From the NCBI GenBank assembly GCA_016867415.1, contig VGJO01000001.1:7823-71822 (forward strand): a stretch of 64,000 nt of DNA. The letters run 5' to 3'. The translations under genes and the position numbers were made by a program. The notes beneath the pieces were generated by a model. That model was given only the letters and a program-made list of their open reading frames with translations, made no database searches and was not told where the DNA came from. The DNA comes from Candidatus Harrisonbacteria bacterium. GTDB taxonomy: Bacteria > Patescibacteriota > Minisyncoccia > UBA6257 > UBA11618. Position 1 is the stretch's first letter. Every line of letters starts with the position of its first letter. Positions 18,896 to 28,578 of the stretch are shown in pieces.

Positions 18896-19500
18896 GAACT
18901 TAGAAATAAGACGCTTCTTACCTAATCCTAAAAAGCTTTCGCAGATCTACTCTTGAGATCTTTTTAGGATTAGGTAAGTTAGCGTAAAGACGAATGCTTG
19001 CTTTCCTGAATCTTTTCTTGAACCTACTTGTCACTGGTATTAGGCAACCGTTCTGGATAAGTCGATGAACTTATTCTCCCTGAGCGCGTCTCAGGCAAGA
19101 GAATACCCGTTCGCGGGGTACGGTGAAGACCATCTGTTCGGTTATAAGCTCCGCCAGGACCGACTGGTTAAGCGACAAGGCTTGAGGAAACTCGTACGCT
19201 ACTTGAATATTCTTTTTGTAAGTGGAACCGGTTTCACTTCAAAAAGGAGAGGTCAAGCAAAGCGCGGGTACAGCCGTTCTCCCCAGCAGGGTACAGAACG
19301 TACAAAGAAGTGGGAATCCTCAGAGAAAAATGCAGATCCCTCTGGATCTGCTAATACTCAATCCACTTTCAAAGGTGTGAAAGCACCATCCCAAAAGCTC
19401 ATCACGTGAGAGCATGGGAAAAGGGCACTGCCAAGCGTCGTCTTCTAGCGAAAGCTAGGCGAGCCGGTTTTGTGGGTAATCCCCAAAACCGGTTTTTTTA
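18896..19500 (+). ncRNA. Candidate ~600-nt structured non-coding RNA (family not identified)
   Basis: Starts just downstream of the consensus promoter. An 18-bp perfect stem CTTACCTAATCCTAAAAA/TTTTTAGGATTAGGTAAG sits near the 5' end, and GC content is higher than the genome background. It ends in the intrinsic terminator CCGGTTTTGTGGG-TAAT-CCCCAAAACCGG plus TTTTTTT. The only ORF (114 aa, 19065-19409) has no SD and a low-complexity composition. Confidence 0.35.
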
Positions 19501-19564
19501 TACTTAATTTTGTACAAAAATTATTTCAAGAAAAATATTCAAGTTCAACGTTGCGTTACGCCAA

Positions 19565-19683
19565 GCGCAGGATTTTTTCTTCAGGGCTAGGAGAAAGCGA
19601 GGCTTGCGAGGAAGCATACGTAAGCTGTATGTTGACGAGCAAACGGAGCTTTCGACAACGCCCTGGAGGAAAAAGACAAGCTC
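19565..19683 (+). repeat. Family-1 variant repeat, copy G
   Basis: 5' GCGCAGGATTTTTTCTTCAGGGCTAGGAGAAAG...GTATGTTGACGAGCAAACGGAGC...GCCCTGGAGGAAAAAGACAAGC. The closing stem is CAGGGC/GCCCTG. Confidence 0.5.
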
Positions 19684-19684
19684 A

Positions 19685-21700
19685 TCAATCTTTCTTATCA
19701 GCAGCCTTTCGGGGATCGGTCCACGTCGCATTGTCACATTGCGGATATCTACTACATCCAAAAAATAACCTCCTCCCTTTCTTCGTAAATCTCTTCATCA
19801 TCTCTCCCTCCCCGCACTTATCACACTTCACTCCCGTACTCCTATTATCTGCCTCCGGCTCAATCACCGCTCCCGATTCAGTTTTTACTTCTCCAGTAAT
19901 CTTCTTCGCATTCTTGCACTCCGGAAATCCTGAGCACGCTAAAAATTTTCCATACCGCCCCGCACGCACCACCATTTTTTTCCCGCACTTATCACAAATC
20001 TCATTTGTCTCAATTGGCTCCGGCCGCTCTGCCCGCGCTACCGACTCATACTTTTCCGCTAGATTCTTCGCAAACGGATCATAAAAATCTTTCAGGAGTT
20101 TTTTCCAAGCAATCTTTTTCTCCGCGACGTCATCCAAACCTTCCTCCATCCCTGCTGTAAAACCGACATCCACTATAGTCGGGAAGTGTTCTTCAAGAAG
20201 CGTTGTTACTTTTTCCCCGATCTCCGTCGGGTGAAATCGCCGCTCAATCTTCTCCACGTAGCCTCGCGCCTCAATCGTGCTGATCGTCGGCGCATAGGTC
20301 GACGGTCGCCCCACCCCATTCTCTTCCAAAGCTTTAATAAGAGTCGCTTCACTGTAGCGCGCCGCCGGCTCGGTGAAGTGTTCCTCATACTTCACTTCCT
20401 TTACATCCATCTCCTCCTTTTCTTCCAAAGTTGGCAAAATTACATCCTCTGTCTTTGATGGGTATACCTTAAGAAATCCCGGGAAAAGCATCTGGCTCCC
20501 AGTCGTCTTCAAGATGTGCGGCCCCGCCTCAAAAAGAATCGTCATCTGGTTAAATCGGGCCGGCGGCATCTGTGACGCCAAAAACCTCTTACTAATAAGG
20601 TCATACACCTTCCGCATCGAAGGCTCAAGCGCCTCAATATCCGCCGCGCTCCGATTGAGATGCGTCGGCCGGATCGCCTCGTGCGCTTCCTGCGCCCCTT
20701 TTGACTTCGTCGCGAATCGCCGCGGCGCGTCAGCCGCATACTCCGCTCCCAACTCTTTTTCTAAATATTCCTTCGCCATTGAAAGCGCTTCCGAGGCGAT
20801 ATTTACCGAGTCCGTTCTCATGTAAGTGATCCAACCATTTTCATACAACTTCTGCGCCGCAAACATTGTCTTCTTTGCCGCGTAGCCGAGCTTATTCGCC
20901 GCTGTCTGCGTAAGCGTGCTCGTAGTAAAAGGCGGTGACGGATGCCGTTTCACCTCTTTTTGGGTAATTTCTTTGACTCGTACCGTCGCCACCTTGATAT
21001 CGTCTACAATTTTCTTAGCCGCCGCTTCATCCTGCAGCTCCAGTCGATCCACCTGCTTTCCATACGCTGAAAAAAGCTCCGCAAGGCACGTTGCGGCCGG
21101 ATCTGTCTTCTTCGTAAGCTCCGCCACCACCGAAAAATATCTCGTCGGCACAAACGCCCGAATCTCCCGCTCCCGATCCACAATCAGCCGAAGAGTTACC
21201 GACTGCACCCGTCCCGCCGAGAGTCCTCGCGCCACCTTCTGCCATAAAAACGGCGAGAGTTTATATCCCACGATTCTATCCAAAATTCTTCGGGCTTGCT
21301 GAGCATCTACAAGGCTCATATCGATCCGCCGTGGCGACTTGAGCGCCTCCTGGATCGCTCGCTCCGTGATCTCATGAAAGACAATTCTCTCCGTCTTCTC
21401 TGCATCCAAGCCTAAAGCCGCGGCAAGATGCCAGGCAATCGCTTCTCCCTCTCGGTCTTCGTCAGTGGCAAGCACTACCGCGTCCGCTTTACCCGCCTCT
21501 TTTTTGAGCTTCTTCACCGTCTCTCGCGCTTTAGCTGGAATCATGTACTTCGGCTCAAAATCATTCTCAAGATCCACCCCGATTTTTGACTTTGGTAAAT
21601 CCCGAATGTGGCCAAAAGACGACAAGAGTTCATACCCCTTACCTAAAAATTTTCCGATCGTCTTTGCCTTTGTCGGACTCTCTACAATAATAAGTTTCAT
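19685..21700 (-). CDS. topA: DNA topoisomerase I
   Basis: TOPRIM N-terminus MKLIIVESPTKAKTI, the active-site Tyr region, and C-terminal C4 zinc ribbons (CDKCGKKM...CSGFPEC; CDKCGEGEM...CSRYPQC). Confidence 0.95.
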   Translation of the reverse strand: MKLIIVESPTKAKTIGKFLGKGYELLSSFGHIRDLPKSKIGVDLENDFEPKYMIPAKARETVKKLKKEAGKADAVVLATDEDREGEAIAWHLAAALGLDAEKTERIVFHEITERAIQEALKSPRRIDMSLVDAQQARRILDRIVGYKLSPFLWQKVARGLSAGRVQSVTLRLIVDREREIRAFVPTRYFSVVAELTKKTDPAATCLAELFSAYGKQVDRLELQDEAAAKKIVDDIKVATVRVKEITQKEVKRHPSPPFTTSTLTQTAANKLGYAAKKTMFAAQKLYENGWITYMRTDSVNIASEALSMAKEYLEKELGAEYAADAPRRFATKSKGAQEAHEAIRPTHLNRSAADIEALEPSMRKVYDLISKRFLASQMPPARFNQMTILFEAGPHILKTTGSQMLFPGFLKVYPSKTEDVILPTLEEKEEMDVKEVKYEEHFTEPAARYSEATLIKALEENGVGRPSTYAPTISTIEARGYVEKIERRFHPTEIGEKVTTLLEEHFPTIVDVGFTAGMEEGLDDVAEKKIAWKKLLKDFYDPFAKNLAEKYESVARAERPEPIETNEICDKCGKKMVVRAGRYGKFLACSGFPECKNAKKITGEVKTESGAVIEPEADNRSTGVKCDKCGEGEMMKRFTKKGRRLFFGCSRYPQCDNATWTDPRKAADKKD

Positions 21701-21794
21701 CGTGAAAATAAAAACAAAACAATTTCCTTCTATAGTAACATTCAGAGATTTTACCTACTCCAAAATAAATGCAGGATCTACAAAGATAAAAATC

Positions 21795-22679
21795 TTAGCG
21801 AACAAGATTATAGCCATTTCTCCCCTCAAAAACCTGATCATTAAGTATAAACTTTGATAAAATAACGCTAACTGAATGAGCCTCTAGTTTAGTAATTTCG
21901 CAAATTTTGTCAATCGATATATCATCCGAACTCTCCGAAAGGATAGTAAACACCAATCTCTCTTCCGGCGTAAAAAGCTCCAATTGTTTCGCATTCACCC
22001 CCTTCTTTTCCTTTTCTTTATCCGGCTTCACAATCCCTAAGCACTCCAGTATTTGAGTAGGGGAAAGGGCTACCTGCGCCCCATCCCGAATAAGCATATT
22101 TGACCCTTCGTAATTCCGATCAAAGATCTTCCCCGGCACCACAAAGACATCCAGCCCTATTTGCAAAGCATGGCTCGCCGTATTGAGCGCCCCTGACGCC
22201 TTCGGCGCTTCTATCACAATCACCGCCCGAGAGATCCCAGCCACGATCCGATTCCGTTCCAAGAAAGAATACACTCGAGCCGACTCCTTCGCCTCATACT
22301 CCGAAAGGGCCAAACCACCTCCTTTTACTATCTCTTGATAAAGCCGAAGATTTTCCTTGGGATATACATTGGAAAGACCACTAGGCAAAACCGCAATTGT
22401 TTTTCCCGAAGCCATAAGCGCCGCCCGATGCGCCGCCGCATCCACGCCATAAGCAAGGCCAGAAACGATCGTGATTCCCGCCTCAGCGAGCGTCCGCGAA
22501 AACCACTCCGTCGCCTTAAGCCCATACTCCGAGACCCGCCTCGTCCCCACGATCGCTACCCGGATTTCTTGCGGGGATAGCAATTCCACATTCCCTTCAA
22601 AACTCATTTTCCGCAATAGCGGAGTGATAATATCAAAGGCCGCCTCCTTAGAAATATCCCGCTTGCTTTCGTCAACCAT
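21795..22679 (-). CDS. dprA: DNA processing protein A (DprA/Smf)
   Basis: Rossmann-like DprA core ...VAIVGTRRVSEYG...IVSGLAYGVDAAAHRAAL...IAVLPSGL... Confidence 0.85.
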   Translation of the reverse strand: MVDESKRDISKEAAFDIITPLLRKMSFEGNVELLSPQEIRVAIVGTRRVSEYGLKATEWFSRTLAEAGITIVSGLAYGVDAAAHRAALMASGKTIAVLPSGLSNVYPKENLRLYQEIVKGGGLALSEYEAKESARVYSFLERNRIVAGISRAVIVIEAPKASGALNTASHALQIGLDVFVVPGKIFDRNYEGSNMLIRDGAQVALSPTQILECLGIVKPDKEKEKKGVNAKQLELFTPEERLVFTILSESSDDISIDKICEITKLEAHSVSVILSKFILNDQVFEGRNGYNLVR

Positions 22680-22733
22680 GATATACTTTGTATAAATGTA
22701 GGTACTTATAAAGCATCAAATATTTTTTGGCAA

Positions 22734-23258
22734 ATGACCTCTTTTTTTAAAACAAAAATTTCCCTATCTCTTCTTTATCCTTCCCTTATCGCTCTTTTTC
22801 TCATTCTCTGCTTTTTCTTTCTCGTAATTCTCACAAGAAACAGCGTAAAAAATATCTCTCTTCTCAAAGATGCGCTCGCTGCTCGCAAGTCCGATAATCA
22901 GTCTTTCCTCCTCCTCACTGCCTCCAAAGACGCTGCCGCTCTCACAAGCTCTCGCCTTGGTTCCATCCTTCCCATTACCGATAATTTGATCAAACTCCCC
23001 CAAGATATCAAAGCCCTTGGCGCTACACTCGGCGTAAATGCCGCTCTCATCTTTGGCAATGAACGCGAAGGGAAAGCGGCCGAACCCGGCTCCATCATTT
23101 TTACCCTCATTGCCGAAAGCTCCGATCCGCAAGCTCTTCTCGCCTTTCTGCATAAACTCGAGACTTCCCGCTACCTCATCCACTTTGACAAAGTAAACCG
23201 AGGAAAAAATGGAATAAACTACAAAATCATCGTCAATGGCCAAATTTACACTCAATAA
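22734..23258 (+). CDS. Hypothetical membrane-anchored protein (174 aa)
   Basis: N-terminal TM helix, ORF only. Confidence 0.35.
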   Translation: MTSFFKTKISLSLLYPSLIALFLILCFFFLVILTRNSVKNISLLKDALAARKSDNQSFLLLTASKDAAALTSSRLGSILPITDNLIKLPQDIKALGATLGVNAALIFGNEREGKAAEPGSIIFTLIAESSDPQALLAFLHKLETSRYLIHFDKVNRGKNGINYKIIVNGQIYTQ

Positions 23259-23451
23259 AAAAGAAACTCCTTATATAATAGGAAGCCTTGCCATAAGTGC
23301 AGGCTTGATTGCCTTTATTATCTTCTTCCTCTTCTTCCTCACCGAAAACATTAATTCTCTCGTCAGCTCTCGCTCCTTGAATAACTCACTAAAAAATGTT
23401 AGATTTAACCTCGAATCCGCCGAATCTATCCTAAAAAATCGAGGATTTTAG
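23236..23451 (+). CDS. Hypothetical small membrane protein (71 aa)
   Basis: One TM helix; overlaps the previous ORF by ~20 nt. Confidence 0.3.
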   Translation: MAKFTLNKKETPYIIGSLAISAGLIAFIIFFLFFLTENINSLVSSRSLNNSLKNVRFNLESAESILKNRGF

Positions 23452-23650
23452 TATGGTCATTCCAGGCTCGACCTAGAATCTATACAAACAAATAATCCTT
23501 CATTTACGTTTTTGATAAAGCAATAGCATCCCCAAGCATAAAAGCCCTAGGATTTTTTTCTTAGTACGAGGAGAAAATACAGTAAAGAAAAATATCCTTT
23601 GCATAAAAGCGAAGTGATGCCAAAATCCCTCTAAATATAACAATGCGTAA

Positions 23651-23770
23651 AGCGCCGGATTTTTGGAGGGCATTTCGTCTTTTCTTCTGAGTATGGGACG
23701 GAGCATACTGTGGAAAGTATGTGAGTACCTAACGGAAGAAAAAAGATAAAATGCACCCCAAAATACCAGC
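23651..23770 (+). repeat. Family-1 structured repeat, copy C (immediately upstream of tRNA-Ile)
   Basis: GCGCCGGATTTTTGGAGGGCATTT...CTGAGTATGGGACGGAGCATACT hairpin GTATGTGAGTACCTAACGGAAGAAAAAAGATAAAATGCACCCCAAAATACCAGCG. The closing stem is GCATTT/AAATGC. Confidence 0.6.
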
Positions 23771-23780
23771 GAAAACCAGA

Positions 23781-23853
23781 GGGGCGTGTAGCTCAGTGGT
23801 AGAGCACAGTCCTGATAAGACTGGGGTCGGAAGTTCGATCCTTCCCACGCCCA
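23781..23853 (+). tRNA. tRNA-Ile (anticodon GAT)
   Basis: GGGCGTG acceptor, GTAGCTCAGTGGTAGAGCAC D-arm, anticodon loop CTGATAA, T-arm GGAAGTTCGATCCTTCC, discriminator A. The 118-aa minus-strand ORF over it is spurious. Confidence 0.85.
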
Positions 23854-24009
23854 CAAAATAAAAATACCCGCAAGGGTATTTTTATTTGGCGTGGGAAGGG
23901 TCGGGAAGGGTATTTAATACCCTTCCCGTGTCAGATATATGTGAAACCGAGGGTTTCGCAAAATAAATATCTGCAAAATTTTATTTTTAATATTTCCTTC
24001 CCACGCCCA
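23838..24009. repeat. Copies of the tRNA-Ile 3' end (CCTTCCCACGCC), one inverted at 23888-23899 and one direct at 23996-24009, forming a long hairpin with the tRNA 3' end
   Basis: Direct reading. CCTTCCCACGCCCACAAAATAAAAATACCC-GCAA-GGGTATTTTTATTTGGCGTGGGAAGG is a ~27-bp hairpin, and a second hairpin GGGAAGGGTAT-TTAA-TACCCTTCCC follows. Confidence 0.7.
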
Positions 24010-24206
24010 TATTCCTTATTCCTCTTTTTTCTGATATCTAATAAGACTTGTCCGCTCTCCCGGCATTCCTTTTCTTTGTCCTAAAGGGGAAAAAATACTC
24101 GGCTTCTTATAGCTATTAGCGAAGATGGGTCACTTTTATGTACACAAAAAACAATGTATCGCGACAACGCAGAAAAAAATCGCAAAATCAGTCAAACAAG
24201 CTAGCT

Positions 24207-25160
24207 CTAAAAATGCTTAACTAGGGGATTCTCTGCGCCTAGTACTTCAAAATGCAAATGGCACCCCGTTACCCCATGTGTCTTACCTGTATTCCCCATG
24301 AGCCCCAACTTTTCCCCCTGAGAAACCTTAGTTCCTAAGACTACTTCCATATTTTTCAAGTGTGCATACCGAGTCTCAATTCCTTCCGGACTCATCACTA
24401 TTACAATAGTCCCATAGCCATTATTCCATCCCACCTCCGCTCGAATCACCTCTCCCTCTGTCGCTGCAAAGACCGGCGTCCCACACTCATTGGCAATATC
24501 CACCGCATTATTATAGTGAAGAGCGCCCCAGTTCCATCCCGAAGCGGGAATAGCAATCGTCGCCTTTCCATCCCGCACGAGAATCGTGTTTTCACTCACC
24601 AAAATTCCCTTTGGCACAAATATAGTTACCCCCTCTTTTATCTTCTGATTTTTATTGTACGCTTCAAGCTCTAAAAGAGTCAGTCCATACCGTGACGCGA
24701 TCATCACCGCATCCTCTCGACTTTTTACTGTATAAAAAATACCGTTCATCGGGGGAATTACCACTCTCTCCCCGCCTAAAGTCTTTGCCTCATGCATAAG
24801 TTCCGGATTCGCCGCTACAATCGTCTCAAGCGACACTCCGTATCGTGCCGCAATCTCTCCTGCTGTTTCTCCAGCTCTCGCCTTATAAAAAATAGTCCTC
24901 TCCCGTTCTGCTCCCTCACTCACTTCTCCACTTAAAAAAAATCCTGATCTAAGAGAAAAAACGCTTGTCGATAAAATTTGCTCTGAATTATCTTTTAAAA
25001 ACACCTCGGAAAAAAGAGCCTGCTCCTCCGGACCTCCTAAAATCTGACTCTCTGCCACTTTCGTAGGAAAATCTGTGATACAATCATATCCTATCAGTGC
25101 CGCAAACGCCGCAATGATTATGATGCGCCGACTCACCACTGCAAATGGCAAGCGCCGCAT
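24207..25160 (-). CDS. M23 family metallopeptidase with two LysM domains
   Basis: LysM-like segments (GETAGEIAARYGVSLETIVAANP; IASRYGLTLLELEAYN) and the M23 motifs H..AVDI...G.PV.A...G.V and GNTG.THG...HLHFEV. Confidence 0.85.
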   Translation of the reverse strand: MRRLPFAVVSRRIIIIAAFAALIGYDCITDFPTKVAESQILGGPEEQALFSEVFLKDNSEQILSTSVFSLRSGFFLSGEVSEGAERERTIFYKARAGETAGEIAARYGVSLETIVAANPELMHEAKTLGGERVVIPPMNGIFYTVKSREDAVMIASRYGLTLLELEAYNKNQKIKEGVTIFVPKGILVSENTILVRDGKATIAIPASGWNWGALHYNNAVDIANECGTPVFAATEGEVIRAEVGWNNGYGTIVIVMSPEGIETRYAHLKNMEVVLGTKVSQGEKLGLMGNTGKTHGVTGCHLHFEVLGAENPLVKHF

Positions 25161-25280
25161 ATATGTAAGGAATGTATCAATAGCTCAGCCATTCTAGCAC
25201 ATCCTAAACCCCTATTGCAAAGCCTAAAAAATAGCAGATTTTCTTCTAGATTTTGCCAATATAAACAGGCGTCTTCAGTT

Positions 25281-25405
25281 CCGAAAAATAATTTTTGATA
25301 AAGTTTCGTGATTCTTTTCGAGCAGCGAGCCGAAAATACATAGCGAACGGTATGCGAGCATACAGCACAGAAAAAACCGTGAAATTTGCCAAAAATACGA
25401 GCGCC
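25281..25405 (+). repeat. Family-1 structured repeat, copy D (5'-divergent), ending 15 nt before the uvrD start
   Basis: TCGAGCAGCGAGCC...CATAGCGAACGGTATGCGAGCATACAGCACAGAAAAAACCGTGAAATTTGCCAAAAATACGAGCGCC. Confidence 0.5.
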
Positions 25406-25419
25406 ATCAAAATCGTACA

Positions 25420-27219
25420 ATGCTCAAAAATCCCAAGTACAACGATAAGCAATTAGAAGCCATCAACCATGGAAATGGTCCTTTATTAATCCTCGCCGGC
25501 GCCGGTAGTGGCAAGACGAGCACCTTAGTCGGCCGGATCATCCACCTCCTCGAGCAGGGAACTCCGCCCGAAAGCATCTTAGCCATCACCTTCACTAATA
25601 AAGCCGCCCGAGAAATCCGCGAACGAGTAAAAAAAGTCCTCCACAATAAAGATCCTGAGATCGCCAGAAACATCTTCCTTGGCACCTTCCACTCCTTTGG
25701 TGCCCTCCTCCTTCGAAAACTTGCCCCCCACGCCCGCCGCACTCCCAGCTTCACCATCTATGACAGCTCCGACTCTGAAGGCCTGGTCAAAAAAATCCTA
25801 AAAGAACTCAATCTCCCCGAAAATCCCTCTCGCAAGCCCGCCAAAGTCCTTGGAGAATTTTCTCGCATCAAAAGCCGCCGCGAAGAATCTACCGACGAAC
25901 TCATAAACAATCTCTTTAAGACCTATGAAGAGCGCCTCGAGCGCAATAACGCCTTTGACTTTGATGACTTGATAGTAAAACCCATCGAGATTCTTGAGAG
26001 AGAAGAGAATCTCGCCGCCCGCTACCACTCTCTCTACGACTATATCCTGATCGATGAGTTTCAAGATACCAACACCGCCCAATATTCCTTAATTCGTCTC
26101 TTAGCCGGCAAAGGGAATGTAAATGTCGTCGGCGACGACGCTCAATCCATCTATGGCTGGCGCCACGCCGACTACCGTATTTTTCTAAATTTCGAATCCG
26201 ACTGGCCCGGCACAAAAATCGTCAAACTCGAAGAAAATTACCGCTCCACCGGCACCATCTTGAAAGCCGCCAATCATCTAATCGGTTTCAATAAATTCCA
26301 AAAAGAAAAAACTCTCTTCACTAAAAATCCCGAAGGAAAAGAAATTAAAGTGGTGATTGCCGATGGCCCCGAATCCGAAGCTGATTATATAGTAGGGGAG
26401 ATTCGCAATATGGTCCGCGATGGAGAAAGTATGCAGGAAATCGCCCTTCTCTACCGTACCAATGCCCAATCCCGCGCTCTTGAGCAAGCTCTCTTAGGTG
26501 AAGGTATTCCATACCAAATCTTTGGCGGCTTAAAATTTTACGAACGCATGGAAATCAAAGACATCTTAGCCGGCCTTCGGTTGATCGCGAATCCCACCGA
26601 CTCTGCCTCCTTCGACCGCCTCGAAAAAAACCTTGGCAAACGCATTACTAAAAAAGTAGTGGGACGCTTGAAAGAAAAATCTGGTGCCGACAGTCCCGCC
26701 CCTCTTATTAATTTCTTTCTTGAAGTTAGTGACTACGTCCAATCCTTAAAAACAGAAAAAAATGCCCTCGACCGCTTAGAAAACATCCAAGAGCTTATCA
26801 AGTATGCCGAAGGAAAGTCTGATCTTGTGAGTTTCTTAGAAGAGGTCAGCCTCGTCCAAAGCGTTGATGACCCTTCCGGGTCACGGCTCCCGGGCGTCAA
26901 TCTGCTCACCATTCATCTTGCAAAAGGCCTTGAGTTTAATCGCGTCTTTGTAGTCGGCTGCGTCGACGGCATCCTCCCGCACGAACGTTCCTTGAGCTCT
27001 CACATTGATATTGAGGAAGAACGTCGCCTTATGTATGTCGCGATCACTAGAGCCCGCCATGAGCTAGTGATCACCATCTATGGTATTCCCTCCCGCTTCC
27101 TAAATGAGCTCCCGCAAGAAGTCCTTTCTCTCCAAAGCCTCGCTCCCCGCCGCCGTTTCAGCGACTCCCGTTCCTTTGATGACCTCGAAGAAGACGCTTG
27201 GCTCTCCTATGATAATTAA
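25420..27219 (+). CDS. uvrD: ATP-dependent DNA helicase, UvrD/PcrA/Rep family (599 aa)
   Basis: Motif I AGAGSGKTSTLV, motif II-like DEFQDTN, and the remaining helicase motifs in order. Confidence 0.9.
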   Translation: MLKNPKYNDKQLEAINHGNGPLLILAGAGSGKTSTLVGRIIHLLEQGTPPESILAITFTNKAAREIRERVKKVLHNKDPEIARNIFLGTFHSFGALLLRKLAPHARRTPSFTIYDSSDSEGLVKKILKELNLPENPSRKPAKVLGEFSRIKSRREESTDELINNLFKTYEERLERNNAFDFDDLIVKPIEILEREENLAARYHSLYDYILIDEFQDTNTAQYSLIRLLAGKGNVNVVGDDAQSIYGWRHADYRIFLNFESDWPGTKIVKLEENYRSTGTILKAANHLIGFNKFQKEKTLFTKNPEGKEIKVVIADGPESEADYIVGEIRNMVRDGESMQEIALLYRTNAQSRALEQALLGEGIPYQIFGGLKFYERMEIKDILAGLRLIANPTDSASFDRLEKNLGKRITKKVVGRLKEKSGADSPAPLINFFLEVSDYVQSLKTEKNALDRLENIQELIKYAEGKSDLVSFLEEVSLVQSVDDPSGSRLPGVNLLTIHLAKGLEFNRVFVVGCVDGILPHERSLSSHIDIEEERRLMYVAITRARHELVITIYGIPSRFLNELPQEVLSLQSLAPRRRFSDSRSFDDLEEDAWLSYDN

Positions 27220-27302
27220 ATTTCCATAGGCCGCGTGGGCGTAATCGCCTTTACAGGCCCATAGGCGACGTGAGAATTATGTACTCATATTTCTTTTTCG
27301 TC

Positions 27303-27367
27303 GTCATTCCGGGCTTGTATTACCTCACCATATCATAATCGCAGCGGCGGGTTATTCCAGATGGCAG
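27303..27367. repeat. REP-like unit, long variant (GTCATTCCGGGC...GGGTTATTCCAGATGGCAG)
   Basis: Shares the GTCATTCCGG and TTCCAG ends with the short units. Confidence 0.4.
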
Positions 27368-27460
27368 ATTAAAAATATTGTCAAATACAAAAAAAAACTT
27401 TATTCTATAAAAAATTTCCTTGCGCCAACTACTAATTACTAAATACTAACTACTATTCTC

Positions 27461-28237
27461 ATGCCTCGTCTCGGCCAACATTTCCTCAAAAATAAAGAGG
27501 TGATCAAAAAAATCATCAATAGTCTTTCCTTACAAGCAGGGGGGACCGTGCTCGAAATCGGTCCTGGCGAAGGCGCGTTGACCGGTGAACTTCTCACAAA
27601 AAATATTCACCTTCTCGCTATCGAAAAAGACCGCGATCTCATCCACCACCTCACAAGAAACTTTAAAAAAAGTAATTTCGACCTAAAAAGCGGCGATGTT
27701 CGCGACCTTCTCTCCGAAGTTACAGAAAGTATAAGAGGGGAGTACAAACTTGTCGGCAATCTTCCGTATTATTTGACCGGCAGCCTTCTTCGCGATCTCG
27801 TCGACCTCAAAAACAAACCTACTCTTGCTATCTTTATGATCCAACGTGAAGTCGCTGATCGCCTCACAGCTCAAAAAGGCGAGCAAAATCTCCTCTCCGC
27901 CGCCATAAGCTACGCCTATGAATCCCACTTCCTCTTCTCCGTTCCCGCCCGAGATTTTACCCCTCCGCCCAAAGTCGATTCCGCCGTCATCTCCCTCACC
28001 CCTCGCGCAACTCCTCTCACCCCCGAAAAAGACCCTTATTTCAAACTTATTAAAGTCATCTTCAAACAACCTAGGAAAACCCTAGTAAACAATCTCTGTG
28101 ACGGCCTCCACCTTGGCAAAAACGACGTTTCCGAGCTCGTAAAAACCCATCACCTCGCCCTAAACGCCCGCCCCCAAGACCTCTCCCTCAATAATATCCT
28201 TGATTTACTTACCTCTCTCCTCTTCCTTTTAAAATAA
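27461..28237 (+). CDS. rsmA: 16S rRNA (adenine1518/1519-N6)-dimethyltransferase RsmA/KsgA
   Basis: MPRLGQHFL N-terminus, the SAM-binding VLEIGPGEGALT motif, and the NLPY motif. Confidence 0.9.
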   Translation: MPRLGQHFLKNKEVIKKIINSLSLQAGGTVLEIGPGEGALTGELLTKNIHLLAIEKDRDLIHHLTRNFKKSNFDLKSGDVRDLLSEVTESIRGEYKLVGNLPYYLTGSLLRDLVDLKNKPTLAIFMIQREVADRLTAQKGEQNLLSAAISYAYESHFLFSVPARDFTPPPKVDSAVISLTPRATPLTPEKDPYFKLIKVIFKQPRKTLVNNLCDGLHLGKNDVSELVKTHHLALNARPQDLSLNNILDLLTSLLFLLK

Positions 28238-28578
28238 AGGAATATTATCGTTCTGGATTTGTCCGCCGTAGCTTTAGCAGAGGCGAGTCATCCTAAACTT
28301 GCTTTACCCCGCTTTAACTTCAACACAAGTGGGATTCAGGATCCAGTAATTCACTTCTGGGAGGTACTTATAAATCCCTTTCCTTTTTCTGTATTTAACA
28401 TAAAAAAACCTTATTCTACCTAAATTATTGAGACTTTCCATCCTCCCTAAAAAGCAAGAGAAATGTCCGACACTGGTTAAAACTTCGGTTTTTTCTGACC
28501 TCCCTCATATCCCTATGAACTTGATCACTCGTGGGGATTTTTATTCTTTAAACAATAAAAAGGCCAGAGCGCAGCGAA

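Noticed and set aside
19065-19409. 114-aa ORF inside the candidate ncRNA
   Set aside because: It has no ribosome-binding site and is Arg/Gly/Ser/Gln-rich with a low-complexity composition. It is embedded in a region with extensive perfect helices. I treat the locus as non-coding, but flag the alternative in the findings.
19464-19499. Group II intron domain V-like hairpin (GAGCCGG...CCGGTT)
   Set aside because: The loop is TAAT, not GNRA. There is a 1-nt rather than a 2-nt bulge, and no domain VI or IEP ORF is nearby. It is better explained as an intrinsic terminator.
19470-20084. 204-aa plus-strand ORF overlapping the 3' end of topA and Family-1 copy G
   Set aside because: It runs antisense to the well-supported topA frame and through a non-coding repeat. 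There is no SD or domain.
23500-23856. 118-aa minus-strand ORF
   Set aside because: It overlaps tRNA-Ile and Family-1 copy C. The tRNA structure is unambiguous.
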